Positions 50,376 through 61,655 of a stretch of DNA of 64,000 bases are shown here, piece after piece. The position numbers and the translations under genes are program-made. The notes beneath the pieces were generated by a model. It did no database searches, was not told the DNA's origin, and worked only from the letters and a program-made list of their open reading frames with translations. This DNA is from Synechococcus sp. (GTDB lineage Bacteria; Cyanobacteriota; Cyanobacteriia; PCC-6307; Cyanobiaceae). The stretch is taken from NCBI GenBank assembly GCA_047285805.1, contig JBJBCN010000002.1:736001-800000 (forward strand), given 5' to 3'. Every line of letters starts with the position of its first letter. Position 1 is the stretch's first letter.

Positions 50376-51272
50376 TTAGGTCAAGCCGCGATCGCCTGCG
50401 AACAGAAAGCGAACGAGCGACAAGAGCAGCACGATCACGAACAGGGCCAGGCCGACCGTACAGGCGTAGCTGATCTCCAGCTCTGCAAAGGCTTGGTCGT
50501 AGACGTAGTAAACCAGGGTCTTAGTGCTGTTTGCGGGTCCCCCCTGGGTCATCAGATAGACCTCCTCGAAGACCTTGGTGGCCGCAATCGCTGAAATCAC
50601 CGCGACCAAGGTGACGTAGGGACGCAGCAGGGGCAGGGTGATGTCGAGGTGCTTGCGCCAACCCTCACTGCCGTCGAGCTCCGCCGCTTCGTAGAGGTCA
50701 GCCGGGATCCCCTGGAGACCGGCCAGAAAAATCACCATGTAGTAGCCCAGGCCCTTCCACAGGGTCACGACAATCACGGCGGGAAGCGCCAGCAAGGGAT
50801 TGGTGAGGAAACCAATCGGCTCAAAAGCGGGACCCAAGAGCGTGTCGAGCCATCCATTGATCAAGCCGTTCTCGGCATAGAGCCAACGAAAGGCAATGGC
50901 CGCCACCACGATCGAGACCAGCACCGGGGTGTAGAAGGTGGCCCGAAACCAGTGGATCCCCGGCAGCTGACGGTTCACCAGGACCGCCAGGGCCAGCGCC
51001 CCCAACACCACCGGCGGCACCACCCCAAAGAGATAGGCCAAGGTCGTCCCCAGGACCTTGAAGAACATCGGATCCGCCAGCAGGCGCCGCACATTTGCCA
51101 GGCCCACAAACCGCAGGGGCTCAGAGACGTCCAAACCGGTCTGGGTGAAGCTCATCACCAGTGCCATAGCCGCCGGGATGAACACCGACAGGGAAATCAG
51201 CACCAGCGCCGGGGACAGGAAAGCCCAGGCGGTGGCAGAGGAGGCACCGGTGCGGAGGGAACGCTCAGCCAT
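50376..51272 (-). CDS. Carbohydrate ABC transporter permease
   Basis: FVGLAN, WKGLGYYM, EAA motif LYEAAELDG. Confidence 0.92.
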   Translation of the reverse strand: MAERSLRTGASSATAWAFLSPALVLISLSVFIPAAMALVMSFTQTGLDVSEPLRFVGLANVRRLLADPMFFKVLGTTLAYLFGVVPPVVLGALALAVLVNRQLPGIHWFRATFYTPVLVSIVVAAIAFRWLYAENGLINGWLDTLLGPAFEPIGFLTNPLLALPAVIVVTLWKGLGYYMVIFLAGLQGIPADLYEAAELDGSEGWRKHLDITLPLLRPYVTLVAVISAIAATKVFEEVYLMTQGGPANSTKTLVYYVYDQAFAELEISYACTVGLALFVIVLLLSLVRFLFAGDRGLT

Positions 51273-51329
51273 GCAGGCAGCATTGATCGCGCCATTGTGG
51301 TGGATCTTTTCCGATCAGCTAGTCACCCC

Positions 51330-53156
51330 ATGCTGAATAGTTCGGCCCAGCCCAATATTGACCCGCTGGACGTGCTGCAAGGGGTCTTTGGCTACGCCTC
51401 CTTCCGCGGACCGCAGGAGGCGATCGTGCGCCATGTGATCGGCGGAGGTTCGGGGCTGGTGCTGATGCCAACCGGCGGCGGCAAATCGCTCTGTTATCAG
51501 GTTCCGGCCCTCTGCACGCCAGGGCTAGCCGTAGTGATCTCGCCTCTGATCGCCCTGATGCAGGATCAGGTGGAAGCGTTGCAGCAACTCGGTGTCGCGG
51601 CCGCCGCCCTGCATTCAGGCCTCGAGGTCGGCGCCAGCCAAACCATCTGGCGGCAGCTGAGCAACAGCGAGCTGGATCTCCTCTACGTCTCACCCGAGCG
51701 GCTCTTCAGCGCGGATGTGCTGGAGCGACTGGGCTCCATGCCACTGGCCCTGTTCGCCATCGATGAAGCCCATTGCGTCTCGCAGTGGGGGCATGACTTC
51801 CGGCCTGAATACCGCTTACTCGATCAGCTCGCGACACGCTTTCCCGAGGTGCCGAGACTGGCCCTCACCGCGACCGCCGATCCGCGCACCCAGCGGGATA
51901 TCCGCGCCTGTCTGCAGTTGCATCAGGATGAGGTCTTCCTAGCCAGCTTTGATCGGCGCAACATCCGCTATCTGCTCCGCCACAAACAGGGTGGTCGTGC
52001 GCAGCTGCTGGAGTTCCTGGCGGAACACCGCGGTGAATCGGGGATCGTCTATGCCCGCTCACGCAACCGGGTGGACCGGGTGGCCGCTGAACTCAAGGCC
52101 GCCGGCATCGATGCCATTGCATATCACGCCGGCATGGATGCCGAATCACGGCGGGAGGCCCTGCAGCGCTTCCGTCTTGGCAGCGGCGTGATCGTGGTGG
52201 CCACGATCGCCTTTGGCATGGGGATCGACAAACCCGATGTGCGCTTCGTGGCCCACGTCGACCTACCCAAAAGCCTCGAGGCCTACTACCAAGAAACCGG
52301 TCGGGCGGGTCGCGATGGCCTACCCGCGGTGGCCTGGATGGCACACAGCGCCGGCGACATCCCACAGCTGCGCCGTTTCATTGATGAATCCGGAGCCAGT
52401 GAGGAGCAGAAACGCATCGAGCGCGGCAAGCTCGAGGCCCTCATCGCCTACAGCGAAGCCAGCGGCTGCCGGCGTCAGGTGCTGCTCAGCCATTTCGGTG
52501 AGGCGCTCGCCGAACCCTGCAACAACTGCGATGGCTGCCTCGAACCCAAACAGCGCAGCGACTGCCGGATCGCGGCGCAGAAAGGGCTGTCGGCTGTGTA
52601 CCGGACCGGCCAACGCTTTGGCGCAGGCCATGTTGTCGACGTGTTGTTGGGCGCCAACACCGAGCGCATCCGATCGCTCGGGCACGAGCAGCTGAGTGTG
52701 TACGGCATCGGCAAGGAGCTAGATCGGAGCCAATGGCGAGCCCTACTGCGCCAGCTGGTCAGCCTCGGGGCCCTGGACTCCCCAGACGTCGCCAAGGGCG
52801 GGTTGTGTTTTGGTCCACCCGAGCTGGTTCAGCCGCTGCTGAGGGGCGAGCGGGAGCTCCATTTGGTTCTGCCGCCAAGAGCCAAGGAGCAGCGTCGACG
52901 CAGCCAGGCCACCGCTGCGGCATTGCCGGACGACGATCCACTGCTGGCGGCCTTGAAAAGCTGGCGGCGGGAGCAGGCCCGGCAGCAGGGCGTCCCGCCC
53001 TATGTGGTGTTCCACGACCGCACCCTGGTGGAGTTAGCGGCACGTCATCCGGGATCCCTCAGCGAACTCGCCGGCATAAGCGGCATCGGCGCAGCCAAGC
53101 AGGAGCGCTACGGAGCGGCACTGCTCGAGGTGCTGACGGCAACAGGAGACGGATAG
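51330..53156 (+). CDS. recQ: ATP-dependent DNA helicase RecQ
   Basis: [35 protein letters not shown] and HRDC domains. Confidence 0.96.
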   Translation: MLNSSAQPNIDPLDVLQGVFGYASFRGPQEAIVRHVIGGGSGLVLMPTGGGKSLCYQVPALCTPGLAVVISPLIALMQDQVEALQQLGVAAAALHSGLEVGASQTIWRQLSNSELDLLYVSPERLFSADVLERLGSMPLALFAIDEAHCVSQWGHDFRPEYRLLDQLATRFPEVPRLALTATADPRTQRDIRACLQLHQDEVFLASFDRRNIRYLLRHKQGGRAQLLEFLAEHRGESGIVYARSRNRVDRVAAELKAAGIDAIAYHAGMDAESRREALQRFRLGSGVIVVATIAFGMGIDKPDVRFVAHVDLPKSLEAYYQETGRAGRDGLPAVAWMAHSAGDIPQLRRFIDESGASEEQKRIERGKLEALIAYSEASGCRRQVLLSHFGEALAEPCNNCDGCLEPKQRSDCRIAAQKGLSAVYRTGQRFGAGHVVDVLLGANTERIRSLGHEQLSVYGIGKELDRSQWRALLRQLVSLGALDSPDVAKGGLCFGPPELVQPLLRGERELHLVLPPRAKEQRRRSQATAAALPDDDPLLAALKSWRREQARQQGVPPYVVFHDRTLVELAARHPGSLSELAGISGIGAAKQERYGAALLEVLTATGDG

Positions 53157-53181
53157 CCTCAAGCGACTGCAGCGTTATTCC

Positions 53182-54300
53182 ATGAGCGCCACGGCCGCCG
53201 CGATCCGCACCATCGAGGTGGCACTCAGTGCGAATCCCTATCCCGTCGTGATCGGACGAGGAGCGCTCTCGAGCCTCGGTCAGCAGATCCTGGGCCAGGG
53301 AATTAAAGCGGGCACCAAGGTCTTGATCGTGACCAACCCCGTCGTGCATCAGCACTACGGCGCCCAGGCATCGGGCAGCCTCCAGGCAGCGGGCTTTGAG
53401 GCGGAGCTCCTCGTGATCGAGGCCGGGGAGGAGCAGAAAACCCCAGCCACCGTGGCGCACATTCACGACGCGGCCTTCGCCCAGAAATTGGAGCGTGGAT
53501 CCTTGATCGTCGCCCTCGGCGGAGGCGTGGTGGGTGACATGGCTGGCTTCGCCGCGGCGAGCTGGCTGCGGGGCATCGCCGTCGTCCAGGTGCCCACGAC
53601 CCTGCTGGCCATGGTCGATGCCTCGATCGGCGGTAAAACCGGCGTGAATCACCCTGGCGGCAAGAACCTGATTGGGGCCTTCCACCAGCCCAAGCTGGTC
53701 CTGATTGATCCAGCCACCCTGGCCACCCTGCCGGAGCGGGAATTCCGGGCCGGCATGGCCGAGGTGATCAAGTACGGGGTCATCGGAGACCCGGACCTCT
53801 TCCACGAACTGGAAGCCGCAGCAGGCGGTCTGCGTTCGATAGCGACCCTGCCAGTGGCGCTCCTGGAGAGCATCCTGGAGCGCGCCGCCGCCGCCAAGGC
53901 GAAGGTCGTCGCGGCGGACGAACGGGAAGGCGGCCTTCGGGCGATCCTCAATTACGGCCACACCCTCGGCCACGTGGTGGAAGCGCTCTGCGGCTACGGC
54001 ACCTATCTCCATGGCGAGGCCGTGGGCATCGGCATGGTGGCCGCCGGCGAGCTCAGCCTGGAGCTGGGGCTCTGGAGCGCCGACGACCAACGCCGGCAAC
54101 GGGCCGTCATCGAAGCGGCAGGTCTGCCGATGCGCTGGCCCGAGCTCGATCCCCAGGCCGTCCTGCGGTGCCTGCAGGGGGACAAGAAGGTGCGGGCTGG
54201 CCGCGTGCGCTTCGTACTCCCGACCAGCCTTGGAACGGTAGAGATCCGTAGTGATGTCCAGCCCGAGCAGGTGTTAGCGGCCCTGTCGCGCTGCGCCTAG
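53182..54300 (+). CDS. aroB: 3-dehydroquinate synthase
   Basis: [35 protein letters not shown]. Confidence 0.97.
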   Translation: MSATAAAIRTIEVALSANPYPVVIGRGALSSLGQQILGQGIKAGTKVLIVTNPVVHQHYGAQASGSLQAAGFEAELLVIEAGEEQKTPATVAHIHDAAFAQKLERGSLIVALGGGVVGDMAGFAAASWLRGIAVVQVPTTLLAMVDASIGGKTGVNHPGGKNLIGAFHQPKLVLIDPATLATLPEREFRAGMAEVIKYGVIGDPDLFHELEAAAGGLRSIATLPVALLESILERAAAAKAKVVAADEREGGLRAILNYGHTLGHVVEALCGYGTYLHGEAVGIGMVAAGELSLELGLWSADDQRRQRAVIEAAGLPMRWPELDPQAVLRCLQGDKKVRAGRVRFVLPTSLGTVEIRSDVQPEQVLAALSRCA

Positions 54301-55463
54301 GCCAGGGGGGGATCCTGCAGGAACATCGGCTGGGCGGCCATGTCGCTGGAGCGCTGCAGGGCAATCCAGCGGAAATCACCGAGGGCAGACGGGTCGACGT
54401 AGCGCAGCAGCGCTTCACGACGACTCAGCAGATCAGCCAACTCCGCCGGTGATCCCTGCTGCAGGGCATGCAGGCGCTGGGCCAAACCAAGGGCCAGCAG
54501 GGCCTCACCCTGGCGCCGCTGCCCCAGCAGGCTCCAGCCACTGGCGACGGCGGCCCGCTCCAGCGACTCCAAACAGAGGTGGGCCGTGAGGTCCCAGCGG
54601 CCCGGCTCCAGAAGCGGATCATCGCTGGCCCGTTGGCCGCGGTAGGCCATCAAGGTGCCATTGCTGCGCTGCGGGGCGTAGTAACGCCAGGCCTCATGGG
54701 CGTAGTCGATCACTAGCAACTGCCCCTGGCTGAGGGCAGCAGCGGCCTGGGCCAGCCACGGGGCGAGACCCACATGCAGCTCCGTGCACCAGCCCTCTGG
54801 CCGCGCGGGCCCAGGGATGTAGGCGTCCAACTCCAGCCGCATGGCCGCACTCAGCGGGGGACCAGCCGCGAGTTCCAGCGCAGCACCCTTCGCCAGCGAG
54901 ACCCCCTGAAGCCGCCAGTCCTGGCCATCCCAGAGCACCCGCTCAACCGCCAGGGCATCCAGCACTTCGTGGGCGAGCATTACCCCGGTCAAGGGCGACT
55001 CCTGGAGCTGGGAGAAGGACTGCCAACGGCAGCGCAGAGGGGCCTCCGCCAAAAGCGCCCGCTGACGCTCCGCCATGCCCGGGTTCGGTTCCACCAGGAC
55101 CAGTTCCAGACGCTCGCGCACCTCCGGTGCCTCCCGCGCAATGGCTTCACTGAGCTGGAGGGCGAGCTGGCCTTCCCCGGGGCCCGTCTCGATCAAGGCC
55201 AGGGGGACGTGACCTGGCTGCTGCTGGAACCACTGCAGAAGCTGAGGCAGCAGGAGCTCCGCAAAGTCCGGTCCCAGAGACGGGGAGGTGGCGAAGTCAC
55301 CCGAAGGCCCCACCTGCAGGCGACCCGCCCCATAGGCCCCATGGCTGGGGTCGTGCAACACCCAGTCCATGTAGGTGCTGAAGGGCACCCAGCCACCGGC
55401 GGCCTGCAACCGCTCCATCAGCCAGGCGGGGGCCGCGTACATAGGAGATGAAGCAGAACTCAC
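54297..55463 (-). CDS. SAM-dependent methyltransferase, MidA/NDUFAF7 (DUF185) family
   Basis: GDFATSP, ETGPGEG, HEVLDAL, IDY, DLTAH. Confidence 0.88.
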   Translation of the reverse strand: MSSASSPMYAAPAWLMERLQAAGGWVPFSTYMDWVLHDPSHGAYGAGRLQVGPSGDFATSPSLGPDFAELLLPQLLQWFQQQPGHVPLALIETGPGEGQLALQLSEAIAREAPEVRERLELVLVEPNPGMAERQRALLAEAPLRCRWQSFSQLQESPLTGVMLAHEVLDALAVERVLWDGQDWRLQGVSLAKGAALELAAGPPLSAAMRLELDAYIPGPARPEGWCTELHVGLAPWLAQAAAALSQGQLLVIDYAHEAWRYYAPQRSNGTLMAYRGQRASDDPLLEPGRWDLTAHLCLESLERAAVASGWSLLGQRRQGEALLALGLAQRLHALQQGSPAELADLLSRREALLRYVDPSALGDFRWIALQRSSDMAAQPMFLQDPPLA

Positions 55464-55487
55464 GGCGCTGCAGAGGACTCAGGGAGA

Positions 55488-56348
55488 ATGCTCGCCACTG
55501 AAGCAGGTGCCATGACCGAGCCGCGTGCTGCCCACAGCGTCTCCGCTCTCCGCGGCTGGCTGCTGGGCCTAGCCCTCAGCCTGGCGCTCCTGCTGGGTTG
55601 GGGGGCTCCACCGGCCTGGGCCTATGACAACCCGGACCTGCTGCCCGATCACCCAACCCCGGTGATCGACCTGGCGAAGATCCTCACGGACAACCAGCGC
55701 GCCGCCCTGGAAGCCGAGATCAACGACTTCGAAGCCGTCAGTGGCTGGAAGCTTCGCGTCCTCACCCAATACGACCGCACGCCTGGGCTCGCCGTTAAAG
55801 ACTTCTGGGGCCTCGATGAGCGCAGCCTGCTGCTGATCGCCGACGAGCGCGGCGGGAACCTGCTCAACTTCAACGTGGGCGACGCGCTGTTTGCGCTGAT
55901 GCCCCGCACCTACTGGGTGGAGCTGCAGACCCGCTTCGGCAACCAGTACTACGTGCGAGACCACGGCCAGGATGCGGCCCTGCTCGACTCACTCCACACG
56001 GTCAAGGGCTGCCTCGAGATAGGCGGCTGCCAGGTCGTGCCCGGCTTGCCCCAGGAGCAGTGGCTGCTCACCCTCGCCACCTCCATCCTGGGTGGTCTGA
56101 TCGTGGGGTTTGCGGCCTATCCCCGCAAGCCGGAGCACACAGTGGAGTGGGCCTGGGTGCTGCTGCTCTCCCCCCTCTGGGTGATTCTCTTTGGGGTCTT
56201 TGGTGTGGCTCCGATCATTACCCGCACCTCCGACATTCTGCCCCTGGTGCGCAATGCCCTGGGCTTTGTCGGAGCGATTGCCCTGGCCTACCTGATCGCC
56301 CAGAACACGATCGGTAAGACCCGCCTCAAGGAAGGTGATCAGAGTTAA
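55488..56348 (+). CDS. TPM domain-containing protein
   Basis: TPVIDLA, GWKLRVLTQ, ELQTRFGNQYY, C-terminal TM helices; start may be 55512. Confidence 0.85.
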   Translation: MLATEAGAMTEPRAAHSVSALRGWLLGLALSLALLLGWGAPPAWAYDNPDLLPDHPTPVIDLAKILTDNQRAALEAEINDFEAVSGWKLRVLTQYDRTPGLAVKDFWGLDERSLLLIADERGGNLLNFNVGDALFALMPRTYWVELQTRFGNQYYVRDHGQDAALLDSLHTVKGCLEIGGCQVVPGLPQEQWLLTLATSILGGLIVGFAAYPRKPEHTVEWAWVLLLSPLWVILFGVFGVAPIITRTSDILPLVRNALGFVGAIALAYLIAQNTIGKTRLKEGDQS

Positions 56349-56359
56349 TGGGCTCTGAT

Positions 56360-57232
56360 CTAGATGCCAAGGCTCTTCGGCTTGGGCCCAATCCGATCCA
56401 GGGCCTCGAGCCGGCAACGAAGGGACTGCACCGGTTCACAAGCGGGCAGCTCGACACGGTCGACCGCTGGTTCCTGCGGTTCCGCCAGTGTATTTAATTG
56501 GGCAAGACTTTGCTCATAGAACACCTTTAGAGCCGCGTAGCGCTTAACCGGCTGGCCGTAATAGCTGTAGCCAGCAAGGGTCGGGAACGAGGCCCATTCC
56601 GGTGCGAGCTTAGCGGCCAGCTCCGGGGTGAACTCTCCGCGATCCGCCAAAGCGAGGGCACCGCGTCGCTGAATCAAAAAGATGGCCGCCTGGTCTTGAA
56701 CGTGGGGGCCGAACCCAGCCAGCCCGAGTTTTCGGCTGGCCATTGTCCAGGTGAAGGGCATGAACTGGTAGGCCCCGGCAGCGGCGCTGGCATAGCGACC
56801 GGAATAGATCACTCGGTTGGGATGGCGATCCATTCCGCCCATGAGGCCTCCGCCAAACATCACGCGGTAGCCCAGATCCTCCCCGCGGGCCCAGGTGCCT
56901 TCGGCGAAGCGGATCGTGTTCAGCAGGGCGCGGCGCTCAGGGGTGATCGCGTAACGGAAGGGGCCACCCGGAGTGATCTGACCATCGCTGGCGTCAAGCA
57001 TCGCCAAGCGAGAGCGGGGCGCTGCGGGCTGCCGAGGGACGGGAGGAAGTGCCGGAAGGAGGCTGACCGCATCGGCCTTGGCAACCTCAGGATTGGACTG
57101 ACCGGTATCGGCCAGGGCGGGCACCGGGGCCAGCAGAGCCGAGACACCCAGCAGGGATGCGACGGGCATGGAGAGTAAAGAACGCACAGAGATCGAAGGA
57201 ACCATCAACTTCGAAGAGATCTGAGCGCTCAA
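56360..57232 (-). CDS. Lysozyme-like muramidase (GH104 / lambda-endolysin-like) with signal peptide
   Basis: ALLNTIRFAEGT, AAGAYQF, EWASFP, YYGQ; start probably 57205 or 57169. Confidence 0.85.
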   Translation of the reverse strand: MSAQISSKLMVPSISVRSLLSMPVASLLGVSALLAPVPALADTGQSNPEVAKADAVSLLPALPPVPRQPAAPRSRLAMLDASDGQITPGGPFRYAITPERRALLNTIRFAEGTWARGEDLGYRVMFGGGLMGGMDRHPNRVIYSGRYASAAAGAYQFMPFTWTMASRKLGLAGFGPHVQDQAAIFLIQRRGALALADRGEFTPELAAKLAPEWASFPTLAGYSYYGQPVKRYAALKVFYEQSLAQLNTLAEPQEPAVDRVELPACEPVQSLRCRLEALDRIGPKPKSLGI

Positions 57233-57531
57233 ATCATCAAAAGCAGAGAACGGCGCACGTCAAGGGAGACCTAATACAGGAAAACCAGACGACGGGTACA
57301 CCAAATCAAAGAGCTGTCTAAATTAGTGCAGATATTGTCCTGCACTAGCAAGTCAACCAGTCAATTGTAAGTTAAATTTTGTCCGACTAACCGTCAACAA
57401 AGCAAGTAATCCATGCCAGTGCAGTAACCGTCCACAAGCATCAAGATCTAAGAGCGCGATTGAACTCACTCTTGGACTGGAGTTTGGAGTCGCAAAAAGA
57501 ACAAAATCCAAAACATTGCGTGACCTCGCCC

Positions 57532-58599
57532 TCAACCGAGCGCCAAGGCACGGAGGAAACGGGCCGCCTGCTGCGGGCCATCGGGACTCAATCCATCGCC
57601 CGAAGCGGGCACGAGGGGGCGATCCACCTGCCAGTCCCCCCGCTCCAGCTGCGCACGACTCAACAAGCGATGGGGGGCGTGGCGCTGCAGGAATGCCTCC
57701 AAAACCTGAGCCTCGGCAAACCCGTCCCGATGCACCAGGTGCACCCCCAATCCCATGGTCATCGCCTCACAGAAGGTGCTGTAACCGGGCTTCGTGATCA
57801 CCCGGCTGCAGAGCGGCATGCACTCCAGGGGCCTGAGGTCCTTGGGAATCACGCTGACATTCACCGCCTCGCAGTGGAGCCCGGGATCACTCACCAAAAA
57901 GTGATGCCCAGGCCAACGTTCAAACAACTTGGAGTCCAGCTGCACGCCGAGGCCGCCAAAGCCCATCAGCACCGTCCGCTGGGGCGCTGACGTCAGACCC
58001 AGTAGATCCCGCACCCGCTGGGGATCCAGGCGCGGCTGCCCGGCAGTCAAGCCGATCTCCTCGCTCGGCAGCCCCCAGTCCATGTCCATCGCGAACGGAC
58101 AACGCAGCAGGGCCGTCCCTTGCCGGTACTGCTCCAGTGCACGGTCCGCCCAATCCGTCAAAGCGCCACCCATGGGCCGGTAGATGGCATCCCAACCGAA
58201 ATTGCCCATCCAGACCAGAGGTGCCTCCAAGGCCAAGGCCAATCGTGCTGCCGCCGGAGGGACGTCGGCGAGCAGCAGAACCGAGTCCCCTTGCTGCTGC
58301 AGCCAAGCCAACTCCTGTTCGATCTGCTGCGGCATCTGCTCCTCAACGGCCTCCAGGGCCGCCAAGGTGGCGTCCGGGTCAGCGTCTAGGGCATCGGCCT
58401 GAATCACCCCCACATCCCAGCGCAGGGCACGCTTTTCAAAGGGAATCTCGGCAAAAGCCAGCGAGAGAAACGACGCGGGCAAGGGCGTCGAGAGCACGAT
58501 GCGCCAGCTCGGCTGCAGGCGGTGGACGGCATTCAAGACCGCGGCGACCCGCGATCCATGGCCAAAGCCATGGCCACTAATGCAGACATAAAGCAGCAT
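57532..58599 (-). CDS. Glycosyltransferase-fold protein
   Basis: ISGHGFGHGSR, FGGLG, ITKPGYSTFCEA. Confidence 0.8.
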   Translation of the reverse strand: MLLYVCISGHGFGHGSRVAAVLNAVHRLQPSWRIVLSTPLPASFLSLAFAEIPFEKRALRWDVGVIQADALDADPDATLAALEAVEEQMPQQIEQELAWLQQQGDSVLLLADVPPAAARLALALEAPLVWMGNFGWDAIYRPMGGALTDWADRALEQYRQGTALLRCPFAMDMDWGLPSEEIGLTAGQPRLDPQRVRDLLGLTSAPQRTVLMGFGGLGVQLDSKLFERWPGHHFLVSDPGLHCEAVNVSVIPKDLRPLECMPLCSRVITKPGYSTFCEAMTMGLGVHLVHRDGFAEAQVLEAFLQRHAPHRLLSRAQLERGDWQVDRPLVPASGDGLSPDGPQQAARFLRALALG

Positions 58600-58601
58600 C
58601 G

Positions 58602-59453
58602 CTAGGCCAGCTCCGCCCGGAAGAGCGTTTGGCGGTAGGGAAGGGTCCCCCCATTGCTGAACCAGCGGTGGGAGACCTCCTGAAGAACGCCGTCCTCAAA
58701 CTCAACCCAGCTAAAGTGCCGCAGCGCTCTGCCCTTTGGATCCTCGCCGTGGCGCGGAACACAGGCGGTATTGAGGTAAGTGGTTCCGGAACGGTCCCGA
58801 CTGAAGCTCTGTCGCTCGCCCTGGCCACGCTTCAGGCGATGATGCATGTGGCCAAAAACGACTAAGGGGACGGGACGGCTGCGGCGAATGCGGTCGATCG
58901 CGAGCGCCAAGTCCTGATCGCCCCAATCGCAAGCGGGCGCTTTCCAATCCCGCCCACAGGGATCAGCGGCCCCACTCCCCAAACCGCTCGGTCCGGAATG
59001 GGCAAGCACCACCAGGGGCAGGCGCGGATCGGCCGAAAGGGCCGCCGCACGGATGCGTTCAGCGGACTCCTCCAAGCCAACCGGCCCAAAGACCGCTTCG
59101 GCAGCGCGGTTGAGGTAGTGACCGCCGCCGGCACTGGCGGGTCGAGCACCGACCACGGCCAGCCCCGGTGGCTGCAACTCCCGCAGGCCCCAGCCGCAAT
59201 GGAGATCGCCCAACAGATCCAATTGACGTTGCAGGGTGCGACCGCTGGCGTCACGACCGGTGTCGTGGTTCCCGAGGATGCAGGCCATCGGCAGGCTCAG
59301 GCGCGTCAGCCGCTTGGGGATCAGCTGCTGACCATCGCTCAGGTCACCGACCACCAACAGGGCGTCTGGCGCCAGTGCGGCCAAGACCTCTTCATCCAGA
59401 CCATCCCACTGGCCATGCAGATCTCCGGCGATGGCAATGCGGAGGGTGGCCAA
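58602..59453 (-). CDS. Metallophosphoesterase (TIGR04168-like)
   Basis: GDLHG, VGD, GNHD, AHSGP, GHMH; TTG start at 59453 inferred. Confidence 0.88.
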   Translation of the reverse strand: MATLRIAIAGDLHGQWDGLDEEVLAALAPDALLVVGDLSDGQQLIPKRLTRLSLPMACILGNHDTGRDASGRTLQRQLDLLGDLHCGWGLRELQPPGLAVVGARPASAGGGHYLNRAAEAVFGPVGLEESAERIRAAALSADPRLPLVVLAHSGPSGLGSGAADPCGRDWKAPACDWGDQDLALAIDRIRRSRPVPLVVFGHMHHRLKRGQGERQSFSRDRSGTTYLNTACVPRHGEDPKGRALRHFSWVEFEDGVLQEVSHRWFSNGGTLPYRQTLFRAELA

Positions 59454-59499
59454 GTGGTGCCTAGGCTTTCGCCATCCTGCACCACTTAGGGCCAGAGCC

Positions 59500-60468
59500 T
59501 TGGTTTTCGCGGCAGCCCAGAACACCTCCTCCGGTTGCCCTGCTCACCGGGATCTCCCGGAGGCGATTGCCGCGTTGAAACGGCAGCGCAATGCTGTGAT
59601 CCTGTCCCACTACTACCAAGAGCCTGAGATCCAGGACGTCGCTGATTTCATCGGCGATTCGCTGGAGCTCTCTCGGAAGGCAGCCGCCACCGATGCCGAT
59701 GTCATCGTCTTCTGCGGGGTTCACTTCATGGCCGAGGTGGCAAAAATTTTGAGCCCACTGAAGACCGTGTTGCTGCCGGACCTGGACGCCGGCTGCACCC
59801 TGGCGGACGCCTGCCCCGCGGATGGCTTCGCCCAGTTCCGTGCCGAGCACCCCGACCACCTCGTGGTCAGCTACATCAATTGCTCGGCGGCGGTGAAAGC
59901 GCAGAGTGATCTGATCTGCACCAGCAGCAATGCCGTTGATCTAGTCCAACAGCTGCCGGCCGATCGACCGATCCTGTTTGCACCGGATCAAAACCTCGGG
60001 CGTTGGGTGGAAAGCCAGAGCGGACGGGAACTGACCCTCTGGCCCGGCAGCTGCATCGTCCACGAGACCTTCAGCGAGCAGGCCCTACTGCAACTGAAGC
60101 TCGATCATCCCGGTGCCGAAGTGCTTGCCCACCCCGAATGCCAGCAGAACCTGCTCGACTACGCCGATTTCATCGGCTCCACCAGTGCTCTGCTGCGCCG
60201 CTCTGAATCCAGCCCCGCCGAGGCCTTCATCGTGCTGACCGAGCCAGGGATCCTGCACCAGATGCGCAAGGCGGTCCCAGGCAAGTCATTCTTTGAGGTG
60301 CCCGGCGCCGATGGCTGCAGCTGCAACGCCTGTCCCTACATGCGCCTGAACACGCTCGAGAAGCTCTGGCAGTGCCTCACGGACCTCAGCCCCGCAATCG
60401 AGATGGATGAGTCGATGCGCCTGCAGGCCCTCGCGCCGATCCAAAAAATGCTGGAGATGAGCCGCTGA
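59500..60468 (+). CDS. nadA: Quinolinate synthase
   Basis: [33 protein letters not shown]; start inferred. Confidence 0.96.
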   Translation: MVFAAAQNTSSGCPAHRDLPEAIAALKRQRNAVILSHYYQEPEIQDVADFIGDSLELSRKAAATDADVIVFCGVHFMAEVAKILSPLKTVLLPDLDAGCTLADACPADGFAQFRAEHPDHLVVSYINCSAAVKAQSDLICTSSNAVDLVQQLPADRPILFAPDQNLGRWVESQSGRELTLWPGSCIVHETFSEQALLQLKLDHPGAEVLAHPECQQNLLDYADFIGSTSALLRRSESSPAEAFIVLTEPGILHQMRKAVPGKSFFEVPGADGCSCNACPYMRLNTLEKLWQCLTDLSPAIEMDESMRLQALAPIQKMLEMSR

Positions 60469-60476
60469 GTTCGGGC

Positions 60477-61559
60477 TCAGTAGCTGTAGTTCTCGACAAA
60501 CAAACTGCTGTCATCGGAGGGTTCCGAGCCGGGGACATAGCTTCCCAGGCTTGCGGCCCCATTGGCCCGCGCCCGCGCCAAGAGGGCCGCCTGGCCAGCC
60601 TTGAGATCCTTGCCCGCCCAGTTCTTGATGCAGGAGTGCTGCAGGGCCCGGCCGTAGGAGAAACCCAGGTGCCAGGGCGCGCCACAGCGAGCCGCCACCT
60701 GGTTGATGGCGTTCAAGCAGAGGCTGGCGTCTTCTTCGCTGAGGCCGCCACTAAGAAACAGGATCGAGGGGACGGCCGAGGGGACCGTGCGCATCAGGGT
60801 TCGAACCGTGAACTCCCCGACCTCCTCCGCACTGGGCTGATGGGAACAACTCGCCCCAGCGCAGGTCATCGATGGCTTGAGGAGACTGCCCTCGAGGAAC
60901 ACGCCGTTGACCGCGAGCGCCTCGTAGGTGGTCCGCAACACCCACTCCTGAACGGCCGCGGTGGTGGTGATGTCGTGGTCGCCATCCATCAGGATTTCCG
61001 GCTCCACGATGGGCACCAACCCCTGCTCTTGCACAGTCCGGGCATAGCGGGCCAGGCCCCAGGCGTTCTCGCGCACCGAGAGCTCGGAGGGTGAGCCGTT
61101 GGCGCTGATCTGCAGAACGGCCCGCCACTTGGCAAAGCGCGCGCCCCGTTCGTAGTAGCGGGCTGCCCGCCCCGCGAGGCCCTTCAAGCCCGTGCACGAG
61201 GTCTCACCGCTCAAACCGCCGGCTAGGGGCTCCACCCCCTGGTCTACCTTGACCCCGGGGAGGATGCCCTGGGCTTGGAAGAGCTCCGTGATCGGCGTTC
61301 CGCCCTCCTCCCTGGTGCTGTCCTGAAAGAGGGTCTCTTCGAAGAGGATCACTCCAGAGATGTGATTCCTGAGGCCCACGGTCGTGGCCAAAAGACTGCG
61401 GTAGGCCCGTCGGTGCTCTTCGCTGTTCTCCAGGCCGATGGCGTCAAAGCGTTTGCCGATGGTGCCGGTGGATTCATCGGCCGCCAAGAGCCCAGTCCCC
61501 GGGGCCGCCAAGGCCGCTGCGGTGCTGGCCAACTCATCGCGGAACGCTTGCAGGGCCAT
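60477..61559 (-). CDS. Class I fructose-bisphosphate aldolase
   Basis: LAADES, FAKWR, PIVEPE, LLKPSM (Schiff-base Lys), FLSGG, FSYGRALQ. Confidence 0.95.
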   Translation of the reverse strand: MALQAFRDELASTAAALAAPGTGLLAADESTGTIGKRFDAIGLENSEEHRRAYRSLLATTVGLRNHISGVILFEETLFQDSTREEGGTPITELFQAQGILPGVKVDQGVEPLAGGLSGETSCTGLKGLAGRAARYYERGARFAKWRAVLQISANGSPSELSVRENAWGLARYARTVQEQGLVPIVEPEILMDGDHDITTTAAVQEWVLRTTYEALAVNGVFLEGSLLKPSMTCAGASCSHQPSAEEVGEFTVRTLMRTVPSAVPSILFLSGGLSEEDASLCLNAINQVAARCGAPWHLGFSYGRALQHSCIKNWAGKDLKAGQAALLARARANGAASLGSYVPGSEPSDDSSLFVENYSY

Positions 61560-61655
61560 CGCACGGGCAGCAGGAGCTTCCCCCTAGCTAGCGCCAAAAC
61601 GCAGTCCTGGAAGCTCCGTGGTCATGATTCAGGCCGATCACGCCGCCCAGCGCCC

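Noticed and set aside
50649..51329. Apparent 227 aa N-terminal extension of RecQ
   Set aside because: It is mostly the antisense of the sugar permease; RecQ similarity begins after ATG 51330.
56360..57232. Prophage lysis module
   Set aside because: No holin, structural or integrase genes; flanked by core genes.
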